Shown piece after piece: positions 1 to 10,088 of a DNA stretch of 64,000 bases. Under the pieces are notes generated by a model, which did no database searches, was not told the origin of the DNA, and saw only the letters and a program-made list of their open reading frames with translations. The stretch is from an uncultured delta proteobacterium (GTDB lineage: Bacteria; Desulfobacterota; Binatia; UBA9968). The DNA lies in NCBI GenBank assembly GCA_963760795.1, contig CAVXEP010000012.1:1-64000 (forward strand). The letters are read 5' to 3'. Position numbers and translations under genes: made by a program. Numbering within the stretch: the first letter of the stretch is position 1; each line of letters begins with the position of its first letter.

Positions 1-212
1 GGGTCAAGCCAAGTCTCCGCATTCCTTTCGGCCCCTGGCTAGCTAAAGCATGGTCGTATCGGTCAAAGCAGAGTCTGGCATTCGAATTCACTGCTTGCGT
101 GAATAGGCTGCGGGAATGGATGTGACTTCGATATATTGATCGGTTCACCGAGTGGTGAAAACCCGACTACAATGAAAAAATGCCAAAACCGACGGACCAG
201 CGCTTCGCGCCG

Positions 213-1432
213 CTACTCGTATCGCAGCGCGTCGATAGGATCTAAACTCGCCGCTTTCTTGGCGGGATAAAAACCGAAGAAGACGCCGACGGCGCCGGAG
301 AAGAGAAAGGCAACGGCGACGACAACCGGATCGATCAGGGTCGGCCACTGCGCCCAGGTCTTGAGCAGTTCGGAACTGCCGATGCCGAGGAGGATGCCGA
401 TGATGCCGCCGGTGGCGGCCATGACGACGGCCTCGACGAGAAATTGCAGCATGATGTCGCGACTGCGCGCGCCGACGGCCATGCGGATGCCGATCTCGCG
501 GGTGCGTTCGGTGACCGACACCAGCATGATGTTCATGATGCCGATGCCGCCGACCAGCAGCGATATCCCGGCGACGCTGCCGAAAAGAATCGCCATCACC
601 CGCGCCGTGCTCTGCGCCGCTTCGGCGATGTCCGAAAGATTGCGCACGGTGAAATCGTCCTCGCGCCCTTCGGCGATGCGGTGGCGCTGGCGCAGCAGCA
701 ATGTGATCTGCTCCTGGGCTTCCTGGACGTGTTCGGCGTTGACGGCACGGACGACGATGCTCTGCACGAAGGTGATGCGCATGAGCCGCTTCTGCATGGT
801 CGTGTAGGGAATCATCACGGTGTCGTCTTGATCCTGGCCTTGGCCGGTCTGGCCTTTGCGGGCGAGAACGCCGACGATGCGAAATGGAATATTGCGAATG
901 CGGATCACGCGAATCGATCGGATCGTCGTTGCCGAACAACTGGCGCGCCACGGTCTCGCCGATCACCGCCACCTTGGCGGCGCAATCCATATCGCCCTCG
1001 TGCAGAAAGCGGCCGGCCTCGATTTGCCAGTCGCGGATTTGCTCGAAACTCCGGCGCCACGCCTTGGGCCAAAGTGCCCCAGTTCAGATTGCCGGCGATC
1101 AGTTGTTCCTGGCGGCGCATGACCGGCGACGCGTAGGCAACCGATCGCAGTTCGCGGGTCATGGCGCGGGCGTCGGTGTCGACCAGCGTGTTGACATTGC
1201 CGGTGCCGGCGCGCACGCCGCCTTGGACGTTGCTGCCGGGCAAAACGATCAAGACATTGGTGCCGAGAGCCGCGATCTGCGAGCGAATCGTCGCTTTGGC
1301 GCCCTCACCGATGGCGACCATGGCGATCACCGCGCCGACACCGATGATGATGCCGAGCATGGTGAGAAAAGCGCGCAGCTTGTTGCGCGCCAGGGCGCGC
1401 AGCGCGATGCGGAACGTCATCAACCAGCGCAT
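213..1432 (-). CDS. MacB-family ABC transporter permease (frameshifted; pieces 905..1432, ~910..1050 and 213..908)
   Basis: N-term 'ALRALARNKLRAFLTMLGIIIGVGAVIAMVAIGEG', C-term 'GIGIMNIMLVSVTERTREIGIRMAVGA...YPAKKAASLDPIDALRYE' typical of MacB/FtsX-like permeases. Confidence 0.92.
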
Positions 1433-2147
1433 TCACGCCTCCGGTTTCACCAACACTTGGTTATTGGGCTTGTCGGAAATCACTGCGCCGTCGCGGAAGA
1501 CGATTTGCCGCTTGGCATGCTCGGCGATGTCGGGCTCGTGGGTGACCAGAACGATGGTTATACCCTGTTCGCTGTTGAGCCGCTGGAACAAAGCCATGAT
1601 CTCGTTGCTGGTCGCCGAGTCGAGATTGCCGGTCGGCTCGTCGGCGAGAATCAATGACGGCCGATTGACCAACGCGCGGGCGATGGCGACCCGCTGCTGC
1701 TGGCCGCCGGAAAGCTGATTGGGCATATGATCGAGACGCTCGCCCAGACCGACGAGGCGAGAACTTCGACCGCGCGCTCGATGGCGCTGTTTGCCGGCAA
1801 AGCCGTTGTACATCGTCGGCAGCTCGACATTTTCCAGCGCCGTGGTGCGCGACAGCAAATTGAATCCCTGAAAGACGAAACCGATGCGCTGGTTGCGGAT
1901 ATGCGCCCAGTCGTCGCGCGACAGCGAGCCGACCTCCTGGCCTTCGAGGAAGTAATTGCCGCTGGTCGGGCGGTCGAGGCAGCCCAAGATATTCATGAAC
2001 GTCGACTTGCCGGAACCGGACGCGCCCATGACCGCAACGAACTCGCCGCGCTCGATGGTCAAATTGACGCCGCGCAGGGCCGGCACGTCGACATCGCCCA
2101 TGCGGTAGGTCTTTATGCAGATCTTCGACGCGAATGACTTCGCTCAT
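1433..2147 (-). CDS. ABC transporter ATP-binding protein, MacB/LolD type (frameshift near N-terminus; start MSEVIRVEDLHK at 2147)
   Basis: Walker A GASGSGKST, LSGGQQQRVAIARAL signature, ILADEPTGNLD, VTHE switch. Confidence 0.93.
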
Positions 2148-3457
2148 CGATCCGCCGAAGCCGGGCCCGCACTGCTGGGGTTGGAACGGATTGGCCACAC
2201 CGCTCTGGGGCGGCGCCGCGGCGGCGCTCGACATGCGCGATGATCAGCGGATCGTTCTCGTTGAGCGCCGGCGATAACCTCGGTGTGCGATCCGTCGGTG
2301 ATGCCGAGCTGAATCTCGACCGGCTGGGCTTTGTTGTCCTTGAGCACATAGACGGTCACCTGCGCGCACGCGCCGTCCCTCGCCGCCGCCGCGCCGCGCC
2401 GCCGCCGCGGCTCGTGCGCCGCTGGGCTGATGCGCCGCCCACCCGTCCCTGCTCCTGGCGCAGCAAATCCTGCGCCTCGTTTTTCTGGTCCGGCGGTTTG
2501 AAGCGCATCGCCATGTTGGGAATCGTCAGCGACGTCTTCCTGCGCTGACGAGAAACTGCACGTTGGCGGTCATGCCGGGCTTGAGCAAGAGTTCCTTGTT
2601 GTCGATGCGCACCACGGCGTTGTAAGTCACCACGCCCTGGACGTTGATCGGCGCGTTGCGCACTTGATACACCTTGCCGCGAAAGCGCCGCGCGCAGGAA
2701 ACGCGTCGACGGTAAACGTGACCTCCTGTCCTTCCCAAACGTTGCCGACATCGGCCTCGTCGACGTTGCGTGTGCACTTCCATCTTGGAGAGATCGTTGG
2801 CGATGGTAAACAGGGTCGGCGCCTGACAGCGATGCCGCGACCGTCTGGCCGACATCGACGTTGCGCGAAATCACGATGCCGTCGACGGGCGAACGAATGA
2901 TCGTGTTGTTAAGGTCCACCGCGACTTGATTGATCGCGGCCTGGGCCTGCGCCACCTGCGCTTTATTGACGTTCGACCTGCGCGACCGCGCCGAATCGTA
3001 GGCGGTTTGCGCCGCGTCTAATTCGCTCTGCGACGACGAGCTCGCGCTTTTGCAGTTCTTGGTGCGTCTCCAACGTCCGGTTCGGCATCTTCGACGCTGA
3101 CTTTGGACTTCGCCAGGTTGGCCTGCGCGGCGATCACATTGGCCCGCGCTTGATCCACCGCGGCGTTAAACTTGTCCTGGTTGAGTTGGGCGACGATCTC
3201 GCCGGCTTTGACCTTGCGAATTGAAGTCGGCGAAGAGCTTGTCGATGGTGCCGGAAACCTGGCTGCCGACCTGCACCGTGCCACCGCCTGCAGAGTGCCG
3301 GTCGAAGAAACCACTTGGTGAATGTTCGCCTTCGCTACCGGCGTGGTGAGAATACGGCGGCTCTTTGGGTCCATTCGCCCATACGCCAATAAGCGAAACC
3401 GGCGCCGCCGGCGGCAAGCAGCAAAACCACCGTGATTATCGTTTTCTTAAACTTCAT
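2144..3457 (-). CDS. MacA/HlyD-family efflux periplasmic adaptor (several frameshifts)
   Basis: Fragments: N-term MKFKKTIITVVLLLAAGG, 'VQVGSQVSGTIDKLFADFNS', 'IRSPVDGIVISRNVDVGQTVAASL', 'GVVTYNAVVRIDNKELLLKPGMTANV', 'VEIQLGITDGSHTEV'. Confidence 0.85.
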
Positions 3458-3931
3458 GACTCCTCGCGCAGCAGGCGAAATACTTTCGCGGCAAAATCAT
3501 TGGGATCGCGCTTGGTCATGCGCCGGTACGTCAAGCCCGGTGGTGATCTCGGCATTGGGCTCCTGGTCCTCGATGACCTGCTCCAAAGTCATGCGAAAGC
3601 GCGATACTGGCGCCGCCCCGGTCATCTCGTAATGTAGCTCGCGCACGCTGCCCTTGAGATAATAATTGACGCCTTTGTCGGAGATCATCAGCGTCACCTT
3701 GCCGGCTTGCCGCAAATTCTTCGACGTCGAGCTGTCCTTCCACACCGCGATGTCGAGGGTCGAGGCATCCTTGGCGACGATTTCATAATAGGACAGCAGC
3801 GCCGGATGGGCCCAGCCGGCCTCGTCGATGGTAAAGATCGGAATGATTTTGCCTTCGTGGCTTTCGACCTCGCCGCCGCCGAGCCGCTCTTGCAACGCCG
3901 CCGGTAATTCTTTGCCTAGTAGCTGTGACAT
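3454..3931 (-). CDS. PNPOx-like split-barrel flavin-binding protein, resembles PhdC/YclD prFMN maturase family (probable frameshift near C-terminus)
   Basis: 'LPAALQERLGG...IFTIDEAGWAHPALLSYYEIVAKD..LDIAVWKDSSTSKNLRQAGKVTL...NYYLKG'; alternative-frame tail LTYRRMTKRDPNDFAAKVFRLLREES ends in an ATGA overlap with the next gene. Confidence 0.7.
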
Positions 3932-3955
3932 GGTGAATCAATACTCCTCAGATCC

Positions 3956-4437
3956 TTAGACGCTTATGGCTCCAAAACGCAGTTCCTGGCGCTTGCCAAA
4001 CCCCTGCGCGTTGTCGATAAAGAACAGTTTCTCGGGCACCACGCAATAGAACTTAACTTTCAGGAACGCCTTGTGAAACACCCCGCTCGTCGGATCGGTA
4101 AAGAGCTTGATGACTTCCGGGTATTTGAGGCATAGACGGCCATCGCTTTGGCCTTTGCCGTCATCCCGTCGACGAGCTCGACCCGGCCTTCAAGCTGAAT
4201 GCCTTTGATCTTGCGCCAGTCCTGATAGTCTTCCTGGACCGTCACGGCCACGCGTCCGTTGGCCGCCAAATTCTGGCAGTGGCGCGATTCCGGCGCCGAA
4301 AAGAAATACAGCCGCAAATCATCGCTGGCAAAAAACACCGTGGCCGCCCAAGGCACGTCGCCGGCGCAGGTCGCCAGCGTCATGGTGTTATGACTTTTCA
4401 AGTAATCGACTATCTGTTGTTTGAGCTCGTCAGCCAT
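3956..4437 (-). CDS. Pyridoxamine 5'-phosphate oxidase-like FMN-binding protein (frameshift ~4130)
   Basis: '[12 protein letters not shown]...[39 protein letters not shown]...IKGIQLEG', reconstructed tail '[24 protein letters not shown]'. Confidence 0.85.
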
Positions 4438-4497
4438 CGACGCAGCGGAATCTACGAGAATCGCCGCCTGACAACAAGCGCGGGCGCCGTGCCGGCG

Positions 4498-5549
4498 TCA
4501 AGCGGAGCGGACCAGGGTCGAGCGGCGCAACGACTCCAGGTTCGCCGCCCCGACACAGAGCATTGCGACCTTGAGTTCCTGAATAATCCCACCGATGAAT
4601 TTTACCACTTCGCCGGACGACTCCAAAGCCGCGGCGAGCAGCGGCTGGCCGAAGGCCGCCAGGTCGGCGCCGAGGGCGATGCTCTTGGCAACGTCGAGAC
4701 CGCTGCGAATGCCGCCCGAGGCGACCAACTGAATTTCCGGCAAAGCAGCCCGTACACCGACCAACGCTTCCTCGGTGGGTATTCCCCAGTCGGTGAAAGT
4801 TGTGCTGTAGGGCTTGCCTTGTTGGCGTCGCGCGCTGGGCTTCAACGGCGGACCAGGCGGTGCCGCCTTTGCCGGCGACATCGATGGCCGCGACGCCGGC
4901 GCGATGTAAACGTTTGGCGACCTCGACCGAAATACCGTTGCCGACTTCTTTGACGACGACGGGGACTTTCAACTCGCGGCAAACCGCGGCGATCTTTTCC
5001 GTCAGTCCCTTGAAGTTGCGGTTGCCCTCGGGCTGGAGCGCTTCCTGCAGCACATTCAAATGCAGAATCAAAGCGTCGGCGCCGATCATCGCAACCGCGC
5101 GCCGGCACTGCTCGATGCTGTAGCCATAGTTCAACTGCACCGCGCCCAAGTTGCCAAACAATAGAATATCCGGCGCGACATCGCGCACTTGAAACGATGC
5201 GGCAGCGGACGGCTCTTCAATGGCGACCCGCTGAGAACCGACCCCCATGGCGATGCCGAGTTGCTGCGCCGCCGCGGCGAGATTGCGGTTGACCTTGCGC
5301 GCCAGATCGAAACCACCGGTCATCGACGAAATCAAGATCGGTGCTTTGAGCTTCTTACCGAGAAATGTCGTCGCGACATCGATCTCGTCGAGATCCAGTT
5401 CAGGCAGAGCGTTGTGAATGAAACGATAGCGGTCGAATCCGGTGCTGGAATGGCCGCTGACACTGCGCGGTGTCGAGGCAAATTTCCAGATGCTGTTTTT
5501 TGCGCGCTTGGGTTTGGCTGAGGGCTTTACTGGCCCGGGGGCGTGGCAT
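4498..5549 (-). CDS. fni: Type 2 isopentenyl-diphosphate delta-isomerase (FMN-dependent IDI-2), frameshifted
   Basis: N-term [10 protein letters not shown], 'ISSMTGG', 'MGVGSQR', 'NLGAVQL', '[14 protein letters not shown]', 'VVKEVGNG', 'DVAGKGGT', 'DWGIPT', '[19 protein letters not shown]'. Confidence 0.93.
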
Positions 5550-5569
5550 AGTTCAGAGAGCCGCCAAAG

Positions 5570-6229
5570 CTAGCGCTGCTTCTTCGCTTCCTTGCGCTCT
5601 TTGGCCGCGCTGATCGGCGTCGGCTTGGGCTTGGCCGCGTCGGGATGGCGGCTCATGCCGGCGTCGTCCCAGCGGTGAAATAGTTCGACATCGATGTCGA
5701 ACTGATCGAGGATGCGCGTCACCGTCTGATTGATCACGTCGTCCAAAGTCTTCGGCCGATGGTAAAACGCCGGCACCGGCGGAAAAATGATCGCGCCCAT
5801 GCGCGTGAGCGTCGCCATCGCTTCGAGATGGCCCAAATGAAGCGGCGTCTCGCGCACCACCAGCACGAGTTTCTTGCGTTCTTTCAAAACCACGTCGGCG
5901 GCGCGCACCAACAGATCGCCGCCCAGCGAATGCGCGATGGCGCCCATGGACTTCATCGAGCAGGGCGCGATCACCATGCCCGCGGTGCGAAATGAGCCGC
6001 TGGAAATGCTCGCGCCGACGTTGTTAACGTCATGCACCACGTCGGCCATGGCTTCGACATCTTTGACCGAATAGGGCGTTTCTACTTGGATCGTCATCTT
6101 GCCGGCTTTGCTCAAGACCAGATGGGTCTCGATATCGTCAATCTTGGAGAGAATTTCCAACATGCGCACGCCATAGATCGCACCGGTGGCGCCGGAGACG
6201 CCGATAATGAGCCGCTTCTTGGTATTCAA
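5570..6229 (-). CDS. ubiX: Flavin prenyltransferase UbiX
   Basis: 'IIGVSGATGAIYG', 'ASISSGSF', 'APCSMKS', 'RAADVVLKERKKLVLVVRETPL', 'PPVPAFYHRP'; TTG start overlaps the upstream stop. Confidence 0.95.
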   Translation of the reverse strand: MNTKKRLIIGVSGATGAIYGVRMLEILSKIDDIETHLVLSKAGKMTIQVETPYSVKDVEAMADVVHDVNNVGASISSGSFRTAGMVIAPCSMKSMGAIAHSLGGDLLVRAADVVLKERKKLVLVVRETPLHLGHLEAMATLTRMGAIIFPPVPAFYHRPKTLDDVINQTVTRILDQFDIDVELFHRWDDAGMSRHPDAAKPKPTPISAAKERKEAKKQR

Positions 6230-6634
6230 CTGAGAAACTCCACCGTAAGTTGATCGCCGTCGTTAACCCGGAAATGATCTTTCAGGCGCACCGGCGCGAC
6301 AATTTCAATTTTATCCTGCGGATAATTATCCACTTCGGGAAGCAAGATCGCGCCACCGACCTTAATGGCTATCCGCCTCTTGATATAGGTCGACGCGATA
6401 TAACTTCGCGCCGCAATGACCGGCCGATGCCGGCGTCAAGGGCGTCCCGGCATGATCACGCTGCACCCGCCGCCAGATCTGGGCGTCTTCGGCGCCCTTG
6501 GGCCGGACATTGAGGGTCGCTGGAAATGGATGATAGCCCAGGCGCTCGTTTAACAAATCCTGCACCCAATCGAGCGCCATAAACGATGACGCTTGCCCCA
6601 GGTCGGAAAAAATGATTCCGCTCAATCTTTCCAT
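6226..6634 (-). CDS. CTP-dependent riboflavin kinase, archaeal type (DUF120), frameshift ~6365
   Basis: 'LSGIIFSDLGQASSF...LGYHPFPATLNVR' plus reconstructed C-term 'GAILLPEVDNYPQDKIEIVAPVRLKDHFRVNDGDQLTVEF' matches the CTP-RFK pattern (PxPGTLN; E(I/V)IAP..LR..L.DGD.V). Confidence 0.8.
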
Positions 6635-6655
6635 CGTTGTCGCGCGCGAAATAGT

Positions 6656-7429
6656 TTAATGGCCCGACAGCGATGCGGCTTTGCCGCCGCGGCGGATCTT
6701 GATCACCTCGCCGAGTATCGACAAAGCGATTTCCGCCGGCGTCTCGGTGGCGATGTCGAGACCGATGGGCGCGTAGATGCGTTCGATCGCCTCCTCGGTG
6801 ACTTTCTCCTCATCGCGGAAACGCTGAAAGCACGCCTTGATGCGTCGCCGGCTGCCGATCATGCCGATGTACTTGGCTTTGCTGTGAATGATATTGCGCA
6901 GACAGGGCTCGTCGTAAGCATGGCCGCGGGTAATCAAGACGATATAGCAAGACGGCGTGAGGGTCATTTCCTTGAGCATCTGCGCCATGTCGCCGGTCAA
7001 CACTTCATCGGCATCGGGAAACCGCTCGCGGTTGGCGTAGAGCAAACGGTCATCGATCACGGTGACGTGAAAATCGAGCACCTTGGCGATCCTGACCAGG
7101 GGCACGGCGATATGACCGGCGCCGACGACGATGAGCTTGGGCGGCGCCGGCATCACTTCGAAGAATACTTCGAGCTTGATCGTGCTATCCGGGATCGCCA
7201 GCGAAACCAACTGCGACTTTTCCGCCCGCGCATGGCTGTCGCTCTCGCGCACCAGGGCGGCCACCACTCTGGCGTCGCCGATGGTTTCCACCTGCGCCTT
7301 GCCGTCGCGGATCAGACACTTGGCGCCGGGTTGGATTTGCCCGTCGCCGGTGACTTCGACGACCGTGACCAGCACCGCCGCTTCGCCCTGCTCGGCGATC
7401 TTGACTAACTCCGCGGACAGCGAACTCAT
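6656..7429 (-). CDS. XdhC-family Moco-insertion chaperone, C-terminal (Rossmann) part
   Basis: 'KLIVVGAGHIAVPLV', 'VIDDR', 'VLITRGHAYD', 'YIGMIGSRRR', 'YAPIGLDIATETPAEIALSILGE'. Confidence 0.92.
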   Translation of the reverse strand: MSSLSAELVKIAEQGEAAVLVTVVEVTGDGQIQPGAKCLIRDGKAQVETIGDARVVAALVRESDSHARAEKSQLVSLAIPDSTIKLEVFFEVMPAPPKLIVVGAGHIAVPLVRIAKVLDFHVTVIDDRLLYANRERFPDADEVLTGDMAQMLKEMTLTPSCYIVLITRGHAYDEPCLRNIIHSKAKYIGMIGSRRRIKACFQRFRDEEKVTEEAIERIYAPIGLDIATETPAEIALSILGEVIKIRRGGKAASLSGH

Positions 7430-7821
7430 TTGCCGCTTACCGCCTCCTGATCGCGTTCCTGCCACCAAGGATCGATGAAGACATTCATGATACCGCCGCA
7501 TACCGCCGGGCTATCCGAGGAGATATCGTCGAGTAAATCGACGCGCACCGTGCGCGGCTTGCGCGAGCGGATCACTTCGATAGCTTCGCGTTTGACATCG
7601 GCCTCGCCGCAACCGCCGCCGATGGTGCCCAAAATTTCGCCCCAAGCGGTTACGACCATTTTGGCGCCGACTTCGCGCGGCGTCGAGCCCTTGGTCGAGA
7701 CGATGGTCGCCACCGCGACGGTCTCGCCTTTGGCGAGAAACTCGTTGACCTGATGATAGATCGTTTCTTTCTTTTTCGCTTCTAAATCCGCGTCCGTGTA
7801 ACAAGCGCCGGGTCCAGCCAT
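7426..7821 (-). CDS. XdhC/CoxI-domain small protein (N-terminal XdhC module)
   Basis: 'VATIVSTKGSTPREVGAKMVV...GTIGGGCGEADV...AVCGGIMNVFIDP'; AGGAGG RBS before the ATG at 7821. Confidence 0.9.
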   Translation of the reverse strand: MAGPGACYTDADLEAKKKETIYHQVNEFLAKGETVAVATIVSTKGSTPREVGAKMVVTAWGEILGTIGGGCGEADVKREAIEVIRSRKPRTVRVDLLDDISSDSPAVCGGIMNVFIDPWWQERDQEAVSGK

Positions 7822-7907
7822 GTTCGCACCTCCTGAATGATCGACGATGGAGTTGAAGATCGAGGATTGCCATCCTCTTTCCATCCTCAACCTTGGGTTA
7901 TGGTAAG

Positions 7908-9122
7908 TCACGCCACCATTTTCTCGAGCGTTCGCCCCAAGGCAACCAAACTATTGACATTGTGCACCGACAAAAACATATCCAAATACGGCAGCGCCGC
8001 TTGCATGCCTTTGCACAGCGGTTCGTAATTCTCGCTCGCCAGCAAAGGGTTGAGCCAGATGATTTTCTTGGCGCGCCGTTTGATGTCCTGCATTTCTTTT
8101 TCCAACAGGCTGACGTCGCCGCGGTCCCAGCCGTCGCTGATGATCACCACCACCGTGCGGTGGGTCACCATGCTCGGCGCGAAATTGCGATTGAAGGTAT
8201 GCAGCGAGCGGCCAATGTTGGTGCCGCCGGACCAGCCAAGAATAGTGCCGGAAATCTTGTCCAAAGCATCGACAATATTCTTGGTGCGGATCAGATGGGT
8301 AATCCGGCTGAGCGATGTGCTAAAAACAAAAGTCTCGACGCCCCACAGTTCGTTTTGCAGGCCGTACATGAACTGAATCAAAAACCGGCTGTAACAATCC
8401 ATCGAGCCGCTGACGTCGCACAGGAGCACGACTTTGGTTTTCTTGATGCGCCGCTTGCGATGCGCCATCTCGATCACTTCGCCGCCGTATTTCATGCTGC
8501 GCCGCATGGTCGCGCGCGGATCGATCACCGGACCTTTGCGGCCGATTTTCTTGCGCCGGCTGATCTGAGTGGCGATCTTGGTGGCGATCAGCAGTATCGC
8601 TCTGGCGATGGCGCGGCTTTCCTCGGTGCCCATCTCGCTGAAGTCCTTGCGGTTCATCAGCTCCTGGGCGCTATAGGTCGGCACCGCGAACTCGTCGAGA
8701 TTTTCCAGCGGCAGATTCTCATTGGCGATCGCCTCGGAGGCGGCCTCTTCGATGCCGCCTTCCTCGTCGCCGCCCTCCGGGGCGTTGGACTCGGTGGGCG
8801 TCCCTTGAATGTCCATCGTCTCCATCGGCACGCGCTCATAACTCTGCTCGCGCCAGAAACAATCGAAGAGCATGTCGAAGACCGGAAAATCTTCTTTTTG
8901 CGAGATCAAGTTGGCGCGTAACAGCGCGCGAAAATCGCCGCGCGCGGCGATGTCCACCAAATCCACCGAACGGGAGGCGTCGAGGATCTGGCTCAGGCTG
9001 ACCTTGACGCCGAGATGTTTCAAGGCGCGGCCAAACGCCATCATGTTCGGCAAGGTGCCCTTGCCGCGCACCGAGGCGACTTTGTTGACCGCCTCCGCGA
9101 CTGTTTCGGGAGTGATATCCAT
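7908..9122 (-). CDS. CoxE-like VWA-domain protein
   Basis: 'IDPRATMRRSMKYGGE', MIDAS 'LCDVSGSM', 'WSGGTNIGRSL', 'IISDGWDRG', 'IWLNPL'. Confidence 0.92.
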   Translation of the reverse strand: MDITPETVAEAVNKVASVRGKGTLPNMMAFGRALKHLGVKVSLSQILDASRSVDLVDIAARGDFRALLRANLISQKEDFPVFDMLFDCFWREQSYERVPMETMDIQGTPTESNAPEGGDEEGGIEEAASEAIANENLPLENLDEFAVPTYSAQELMNRKDFSEMGTEESRAIARAILLIATKIATQISRRKKIGRKGPVIDPRATMRRSMKYGGEVIEMAHRKRRIKKTKVVLLCDVSGSMDCYSRFLIQFMYGLQNELWGVETFVFSTSLSRITHLIRTKNIVDALDKISGTILGWSGGTNIGRSLHTFNRNFAPSMVTHRTVVVIISDGWDRGDVSLLEKEMQDIKRRAKKIIWLNPLLASENYEPLCKGMQAALPYLDMFLSVHNVNSLVALGRTLEKMVA

Positions 9123-9128
9123 CGATCT

Positions 9129-10049
9129 CTAACTGACTAGCTCCGGCGATGTGCGCAGCAGCGCGTCGAGACTGAACTGGCGGTTTTCCACCTGCTCACG
9201 CAGGTGGCTCAAATCTTCGCGGTATTTGAACACACAGCCCATGGTATCGATTACCGATTTGTCATCCAATTGTTTACGGTTGAGCGCTATCAGCGCCGAC
9301 GCCCAATCCAAAGTCTCGGCGACGCCGGGGCGCTTGTAGAAATTCATTTCGCGCACCTTTTGCATGAAAGCGCAGATTTGCTGCGCCATCCGGGTTTCGA
9401 CGTCGGGAAACTTGGTGGTGATGATCTCGTATTCCTTGTCGAAGGTCGGGTACTCGATCCAGTGGTATAAGCAGCGCCGTTTCAAAGCGTCGTGGATTTC
9501 CCGCGTGCGGTTGGAGGTGAGAAACACATAGGGCCGATGCTTCGCCGTCACCGTACCCAATTCGGGAATGGTGATCTGGAAATCGGACAAGACTTCCAGC
9601 AGAAACGCCTCGAACTCCATATCGGCGCGGTCGATCTCGTCGATCAACAGCACCGGCGGATTGGCATCCTCGCTTTGAATCGCTTCGAGCAGCGGCCGTT
9701 TGACCAAGTAGTCCTGGGTGAAAATCTCGGTTTCGACTTTCTTTTTATCGCCGCGCTCGATCTCTTCGAGCTTAATGTGAAGCATCTGCTTAGGATAGTT
9801 CCACTCGTAAAGGGCGGTGCTGGCGTCGAGCCCTTCGTAGCACTGCAGGCGGATCAATCGCGCGCCCAGGACTTTGGACAATACCTTGGCGATTTCGGTC
9901 TTACCGACGCCCGCCTCGCCTTCGAGCAGAAGCGGTTTGCCCATAACCAGCGATAAATAGACCACGGTCGCCAGGGAACGGTCGCAGACATACTTTTCCG
10001 TCAGAAGAATTTCTTGAACTTGCTCGATGGTCAGCTGTTTCGGATCCAC
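9129..10049 (-). CDS. CoxD-like MoxR-family AAA+ ATPase
   Basis: 'PLLLEGEAGVGKTE', 'LIRLQCYEGLD...ALYEWNY', 'LLIDEIDRAD', 'LTSNRTREIHDALKRRCLYHWI'. Confidence 0.93.
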   Translation of the reverse strand: MDPKQLTIEQVQEILLTEKYVCDRSLATVVYLSLVMGKPLLLEGEAGVGKTEIAKVLSKVLGARLIRLQCYEGLDASTALYEWNYPKQMLHIKLEEIERGDKKKVETEIFTQDYLVKRPLLEAIQSEDANPPVLLIDEIDRADMEFEAFLLEVLSDFQITIPELGTVTAKHRPYVFLTSNRTREIHDALKRRCLYHWIEYPTFDKEYEIITTKFPDVETRMAQQICAFMQKVREMNFYKRPGVAETLDWASALIALNRKQLDDKSVIDTMGCVFKYREDLSHLREQVENRQFSLDALLRTSPELVS

Positions 10050-10088
10050 GCTTGATTCATCCTTTGCAGTTAATTGTTGCAGGGCCGG

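Noticed and set aside
1-210. Possible structured RNA or riboswitch at the window start
   Set aside because: Only a weak hairpin (~140-166) and no recognisable riboswitch, tRNA or ncRNA consensus.
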